Below are positions 59,178 through 64,000 of a stretch of DNA of 64,000 nucleotides, one piece after another. A program made the translations under genes and the position numbers. The stretch is from positions 100,533 to 164,532 of the forward strand of contig JBFXAH010000008.1 of assembly GCA_050184475.1 (NCBI GenBank), in the 5' to 3' direction. Source of the stretch: Pirellulales bacterium. Its GTDB lineage: Bacteria > Planctomycetota > Planctomycetia > Pirellulales > JAEUIK01. The number at the start of each line of letters is the position of its first letter. The first letter of the stretch is position 1. The notes below the pieces were generated by a model that did not search any database, had not been told where the DNA came from, and saw only the letters and a program-made list of their open reading frames with translations.

Positions 59178-60197
59178 CTACGTCAATTGCCAGAGGGCCA
59201 TCTTGAACGTGTCGCCAAGGCGCTTGTTCACGCCGAGCACGGCCGCCGGCTCGAAGCCGCAATGGACCATGCAGCTCTCGCAGCGCGGATCGTTGCCGCG
59301 GCCGAGCTTGTCCCAGTCGGTCAGTTGCACTAGCTCCTGATGCGTCTTGTAGTGCTTGTCGGTGATCAGGTAGCAGGGGCCCTTCCAGCCGCGAATGTTC
59401 CGCGTGGGATTGGCCCAGGCCGCGCACTTCAAGTCGCGCTCGCCGCGCAAAAATTCCAGGTAGACCGGCGACGTGTTGAGCTTGAAACCTCGCAGCAGAT
59501 CGCGGGCCTGCTTGAACTTGGCGTGCACGTCTTCGCGCGACATGAAGATCTGCTCGGCCCCGGTGGGATTGGTTTCCTGCACCGCGCTGTAGCCGTAGGC
59601 GGGCGAAAGCATGAAACCGTCGACCCCCAACTCGGTCAGGTACCCCAACAGCACGGCGATCTCGTGCATGTCGGTCTCTTTGTAGATCGTGGTGTTCGTG
59701 CAGACGATAAAGCCCGCGGCCTTGGCGGCCTTGATTCCTTCGACCGCCTCGGCAAACACCCCTTTGCGTTCGACGGCCAGGTCGTGCGAGTCTTCCATGC
59801 CGTCGAGGTGCACGTTGAAGAAGAAGCGGTTGCTCGCCTGGAAGCCGGCCAGCTTCTTGCGGATGAACATGCCGTTCGTGCACAGATACACGAACTTTTT
59901 GCGCTCGATGATCTTGGCCACGAGCTCTTCGATCTGCGGATAGATCATCGGCTCGCCGCCGCAGATGCTCACGACCGGCGCGCCGCACTCGTCGACCGAG
60001 GCCAGGCACTCGTCGACCGTCAGCTTGTCTTTGATCGTGCTGACGTATTCGCGGATCCGCCCGCAGCCGGTGCAGGTCAGATTGCAGGCGTGCAGCGGTT
60101 CGAGCATCAGCACGAGCGGAAAGCGCCGCTCGCCCGAGAGCTTCTTCTTGAGCAAATACGTCGTCATCGTGCTGGTGAGCGAGAGCGGGAATCGCAT
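59178..60197 (-). CDS. hpnH: Adenosyl-hopene transferase (radical SAM)
   Basis: FPLVLMLEPLHACNLTCTGCG, GGEP and CMVHCGFE motifs; adjacent to shc. Confidence 0.92.
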   Translation of the reverse strand: MRFPLSLTSTMTTYLLKKKLSGERRFPLVLMLEPLHACNLTCTGCGRIREYVSTIKDKLTVDECLASVDECGAPVVSICGGEPMIYPQIEELVAKIIERKKFVYLCTNGMFIRKKLAGFQASNRFFFNVHLDGMEDSHDLAVERKGVFAEAVEGIKAAKAAGFIVCTNTTIYKETDMHEIAVLLGYLTELGVDGFMLSPAYGYSAVQETNPTGAEQIFMSREDVHAKFKQARDLLRGFKLNTSPVYLEFLRGERDLKCAAWANPTRNIRGWKGPCYLITDKHYKTHQELVQLTDWDKLGRGNDPRCESCMVHCGFEPAAVLGVNKRLGDTFKMALWQLT

Positions 60198-60401
60198 GAC
60201 CGGCACAGCCTCCCTGCTGCGGTTCTTCCGCGGACGGATCACTTTAATTGCGCCCCGCGCGGGCCACTTCCAGCGGGGGAAGTGTTGCTCGTGCGAGGCG
60301 ATCGTGGCCGCGGTCGAAACTGGATTTCGGTTGGTGGGTCGAGAACTACGCGGTGTGGTGCGCCGCAGGCGATCGCTCGCCGGCGGCGCGGCATGCTCGG
60401 G

Positions 60402-62561
60402 CTAGGCGCTCACGGCCGCGGCCGCCACGGGGGGCGCGGTCACGCGCAAGCGCTCGGGGGTGTCGTCGCGACGGGCCTCGGCGACCGCTGCCCAGCGCGA
60501 CAAGGCCATCAACGGGAAGTAAATGCGATACAAGTGGTAACGCAGATAAAACACCCGCGGAAAGCCCGTCCCGGTGAACTCCGGTTCGTCCCAACTGCCG
60601 TCGGGCAACTGGCGGCTGATCAAGAACCGCACGCCGCGCGTCACGGCCGGATGATCGGCGTGTCCGCTGGCGATCAAGCCCAGCAGCGCCCAAGCCGTCT
60701 GCGAAGCCGTGGGATTCCCCTGGCCGCGCAAGCTCGGGTTGTCGTAGCTGTCGGGCGATTCGCCCCAGCCGCCGCACGATTGCTGATAGCTCAAGAACCA
60801 GTTGGCGCCGGAGACGATCATCGGATCGGCGCGATCGACGCCGACTTCGATCAAGCCCGACAGCGCCAACCAGGTGCCGTAGGTGTAGTTCACTCCCCAG
60901 CGGCCGAACCAACTGCCGTCGGCTTCCTGCGTGGCCCGCAGGTAGGCGACCGCCCGGTCGACGGCGGGCTCGCCCACGCGCCGGCCCAGCCGGCCGAGCG
61001 ATTCGAGCACGCGCCCCGTGATGTCGGGCGAGCTGGGATCGATCATCGCGTTGTGATCGGCAAACGGAACGTAGCAGAGAAACTCGTGATCGTTGTCGCG
61101 ATCGAAGGCGCCCCAGCCGCCGTCGCGATTTTGCATGGCCAGGATCCAGCGCTGCCCGCGGTCGAGCGCGCCGACGACTTCGTCCCAGCGGCTAACCTGC
61201 TGGTGGGCCGACTTGCGATCGCTGGCGACGTGCTCGCCGATCAACTGCAAGCCAGGGGGCAAGCCGGCGCTGGCCGGCACGTCGCGCTCGAACTGCTGAC
61301 GCAGCACGCTCATGACCATGGCCGTATCGTCGAGGTCGGGATAGAAGTTGTTCTCGTGCTCGAAGCACCAGCCCCCCGGCTCGGCCTTGGTCGTCTGCGA
61401 CCAGTCGCCCGGCTGGCGAATCTGGCGATCGAGCAGCCAGCGCGTGCCCCGTTCGATGGCCGCATGCTCGGGGCCCAGCCCACTGTCGGCCAACGCCCGC
61501 AACGTGATCGCGGTGTCCCACACCGGCGACTTGCACGGTTGCAGCCAGGCCGTTTCTTCGGCGGCGTTCTCGCAAATCAATCCGTCGAGATGTTCGCGGC
61601 AGTAGGTCAGCTCGGGTCCGTCCTCGGCATAGCCCATCGCCTTCAGCGCGACCGTGCTCCAGACCATGGGGGGGAAGATCGCCCCCAGCCCGTCGCTGGC
61701 GCCAAAACGTTCGAGCGTCCAATCGCAGGCGGCCGCGATGGCGCGGGCTCGCAGCGGCGTGCAGCCGCGCCGCTCGCACCACTTCAACACGCGGTCGGCC
61801 AGGCGGAAGAAGCGATCCCAACTCAACAGCCCCGTGCTCCCCGGCAAGCCGGGGCAGCGCGGCAGCGGCCAGGTGTCGGGCGGATCGATGAACAGCTCGC
61901 GAATCCCTTGATCGGGTCCGATCGACCGCACCGGCTTCAGCGCCGAGACGATCGACAGCGGCACGATGATCGTGCGCGACCACGCGCTGACGCGATACAG
62001 ATTGATCGGGCTCCACGTCGGCAGCAGCATCAGCTCGGGCGGAACCGAGGGGCACTGCTCGTACGAAATCTGTCCCAGCAGCGCCAGATAAAAACGCGTA
62101 AAGCTGTTGACCGCGTCGGCGCCGCCGTGCCGCAGAATTGCCGCGCGGGCCCGCTGCATGTATTCGGCGCACGGATCGTGCCCCGTGAGCTTCAGCGCGA
62201 AGTAGTTCTTGACGGTTCCCGAAACTTCGGTGCCGCCGCCGGGATACATCGACCAACCGCCGTCGGCGTTCTGCTTTTCGAGCAAGTGCCGCGCGATGCG
62301 ACGAGCCGTGTCCGACTCGTGCTCTCCCAGAAAGGCCAAGAGCAGGATGTACTCGCTCTCGAGGATCGTGTCTCCCTCGAGCTCGCCGCACCAGTAACCG
62401 TCGGCGTGCTGTTCCTGGAGCAGCCAGTGCCGCGTCCGCAGCACCGTCTGCTTGACGGCCGTGCTCAAGCGCGGCTCGGTCGTCTCGCGATCGGGAGCGG
62501 CGACCGTAGGGGCGAAGTCGGGGTCGAAATGCGCGATCCGAACATGCTGCCTGGATTCCAT
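60402..62561 (-). CDS. shc: Squalene-hopene cyclase
   Basis: QxxDGxW repeats, DLDDTA, GRWGVNY and GTGFP..FYL.Y motifs; start at ATG 62561 assumed. Confidence 0.96.
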   Translation of the reverse strand: MESRQHVRIAHFDPDFAPTVAAPDRETTEPRLSTAVKQTVLRTRHWLLQEQHADGYWCGELEGDTILESEYILLLAFLGEHESDTARRIARHLLEKQNADGGWSMYPGGGTEVSGTVKNYFALKLTGHDPCAEYMQRARAAILRHGGADAVNSFTRFYLALLGQISYEQCPSVPPELMLLPTWSPINLYRVSAWSRTIIVPLSIVSALKPVRSIGPDQGIRELFIDPPDTWPLPRCPGLPGSTGLLSWDRFFRLADRVLKWCERRGCTPLRARAIAAACDWTLERFGASDGLGAIFPPMVWSTVALKAMGYAEDGPELTYCREHLDGLICENAAEETAWLQPCKSPVWDTAITLRALADSGLGPEHAAIERGTRWLLDRQIRQPGDWSQTTKAEPGGWCFEHENNFYPDLDDTAMVMSVLRQQFERDVPASAGLPPGLQLIGEHVASDRKSAHQQVSRWDEVVGALDRGQRWILAMQNRDGGWGAFDRDNDHEFLCYVPFADHNAMIDPSSPDITGRVLESLGRLGRRVGEPAVDRAVAYLRATQEADGSWFGRWGVNYTYGTWLALSGLIEVGVDRADPMIVSGANWFLSYQQSCGGWGESPDSYDNPSLRGQGNPTASQTAWALLGLIASGHADHPAVTRGVRFLISRQLPDGSWDEPEFTGTGFPRVFYLRYHLYRIYFPLMALSRWAAVAEARRDDTPERLRVTAPPVAAAAVSA

Positions 62562-62841
62562 TCCATCGGCTCTCAACGAAGTGCGGGCGGGTCGTCCTTG
62601 ACCGTTCCCTGCGACCTGGATCGATCGCGGGGAGCGGAAGCTTAGACTAGCCAACTGCGATCGACAAGAGCAGTGACTGGCCGGCTGCTGGCGGTCCGCG
62701 GTGCTGGCACCCGGCGCCGCGAAATCTCTCGCCGTGCACGACCGAAGCGTGGTTGTCCAAATCGGGCGATTGCCCGTAAACTAGGGGCGCGGACGAGGCC
62801 ACTGACCCTAAGGCGGGCGCACGGAACCGGGAGATGCTGTC

Positions 62842-63795
62842 ATGAGCCGCAGTTCAGGAACCCATCGCCGTCGGAACGTGCTTCGGTGCTTCGCCGCACT
62901 CGGCGCCCTGGCCCTGGCGGTGCCGCGCGACGCTGCCGCCGAGCAACGCGCGCCGCGCTTCGACACCGAGCCGCGGGCTCTCGATCGCATTCCCGCGGGC
63001 ACCGTCGTCGGCGACTCCGCCCCCCGCGATTGGGACGCGCTGATTATCAAGAGCAAGCCGCGCGTGACCCAGGGCGACGTCAACCAGGTGATGCAAGTCG
63101 TCAAGCAAAACGCCAGTCTGCTGACGACGATCATCCTGGCTGCGCGTCGCCAGAACGGGCCGGGCGCCGCGCATCCTTATTCGCTCGATCGCGTGGCGGT
63201 CGGGCTGGGCGTCACGGTGCAAGGGGGGCAGCAGATCGTCAACAGCGAAAAACCCGGCAACCTCGGCCTCATCGAGCGGCAGGTGCTCAACGGCGCCGAG
63301 CGCAACATGGATAGCGCGCTGCTCATCGCCCAGTCCAGCGGCATGGCGATCGTCGATTTCCGCGCGATCGTGCGACGCGGCGTCGAGCACGTCGATTCGA
63401 TCTTGCGCTACGCCGTGATGGTCGATAACCGCAACGGGCAGTTCTTCACGCTGGCCTGGCAGGTCGAGCTCGACACAGCCGGCAACTATGCCCAGGCTCC
63501 CGCCGAAGTGCAGTGGCTGCCCCGCAACATGGTCGAAGACAATCCGCTGTTCGTCGACGCCAGCAAGTTCACGCTCGGCATCCCGAATACGCGGGCGTTC
63601 GCGGTCGCCAAGCTGCCGACTGGTCGTCCTGTAGCATTGACGCCGCGAATTCGCGCCCTGGCCGCCTTGCCGCGGTTCACCGAGCAATCGTTGTACGAGC
63701 TGGAAGTCGGGCTCTGGCAGGCGATCTATGCCCCGGTGTCGACGGCCCCCGCCGCGGCGCGCTACGAGCGCCCGGCGACGCTCGAGGCCAATTAG
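62842..63795 (+). CDS. Hypothetical exported protein with Tat-like signal
   Basis: RRRNVL followed by a hydrophobic stretch and AAA cleavage site; protein-like ORF with no recognised domain. Confidence 0.7.
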   Translation: MSRSSGTHRRRNVLRCFAALGALALAVPRDAAAEQRAPRFDTEPRALDRIPAGTVVGDSAPRDWDALIIKSKPRVTQGDVNQVMQVVKQNASLLTTIILAARRQNGPGAAHPYSLDRVAVGLGVTVQGGQQIVNSEKPGNLGLIERQVLNGAERNMDSALLIAQSSGMAIVDFRAIVRRGVEHVDSILRYAVMVDNRNGQFFTLAWQVELDTAGNYAQAPAEVQWLPRNMVEDNPLFVDASKFTLGIPNTRAFAVAKLPTGRPVALTPRIRALAALPRFTEQSLYELEVGLWQAIYAPVSTAPAAARYERPATLEAN

Positions 63796-64000
63796 CTCCG
63801 TTTGATCCGCGAACGGTTCGTCCATTGCCGGGGAGTTTTCTGGCCGCCGCGCCCATTCTCGCACCCGCGCCGGCAATTTGCTGGCGGACTTCTCGCCGAT
63901 GCCCGATACTGCTCGGGTTGCTCGCGCACGAGCGCCGCCCCCCTTGGGGGGTGGCGACACCTTCGGCTGGCGCCGAGAGTACTATCACCAGCGGGCATGC

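Noticed and set aside
59340-62645. 1101-aa plus-strand ORF
   Set aside because: Antisense shadow of shc/hpnH, typical of high-GC codon bias; no recognisable motifs.

Overview
High-GC bacterial chromosomal segment, most likely Planctomycetota (Pirellulales-like). This is inferred from a TIGR03000-type domain protein, Hanks kinases, a sulfatase plus FGE, a PEP-CTERM protein, a PVC-type multi-heme protein and shc/hpnH. About 47 CDS can be supported. They include housekeeping genes (dtd, accA, truA, asd, hpt, rho, rodA-like, pcm), cell-envelope glycosyltransferases, catabolic hydrolases and oxidoreductases, and hopanoid genes. No rRNA, tRNA, CRISPR array, prophage or transposase was seen. Main candidates for undescribed biology: (1) a secreted protein with an N-terminal Ser/Gly/Trp repeat upstream of a translationally coupled SdpA/DUF5819-like + HTTM (SdpB/LinG-like) pair, possibly a linaridin/SDP-like modification system acting on a large protein; (2) a cysteine dioxygenase and a sulfite oxidase, unrelated folds, sharing a C-terminal LEF[ST]xxAGI tail; (3) a strand-polarised CCCCCCTGCCCT motif (8 copies seen by eye) containing the KOPS octamer GGGCAGGG; (4) a MITE-like element with a nested REP doublet, and a REP-seeded 19-bp tandem array. 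All family assignments come from motif recognition by eye; no database search was run.
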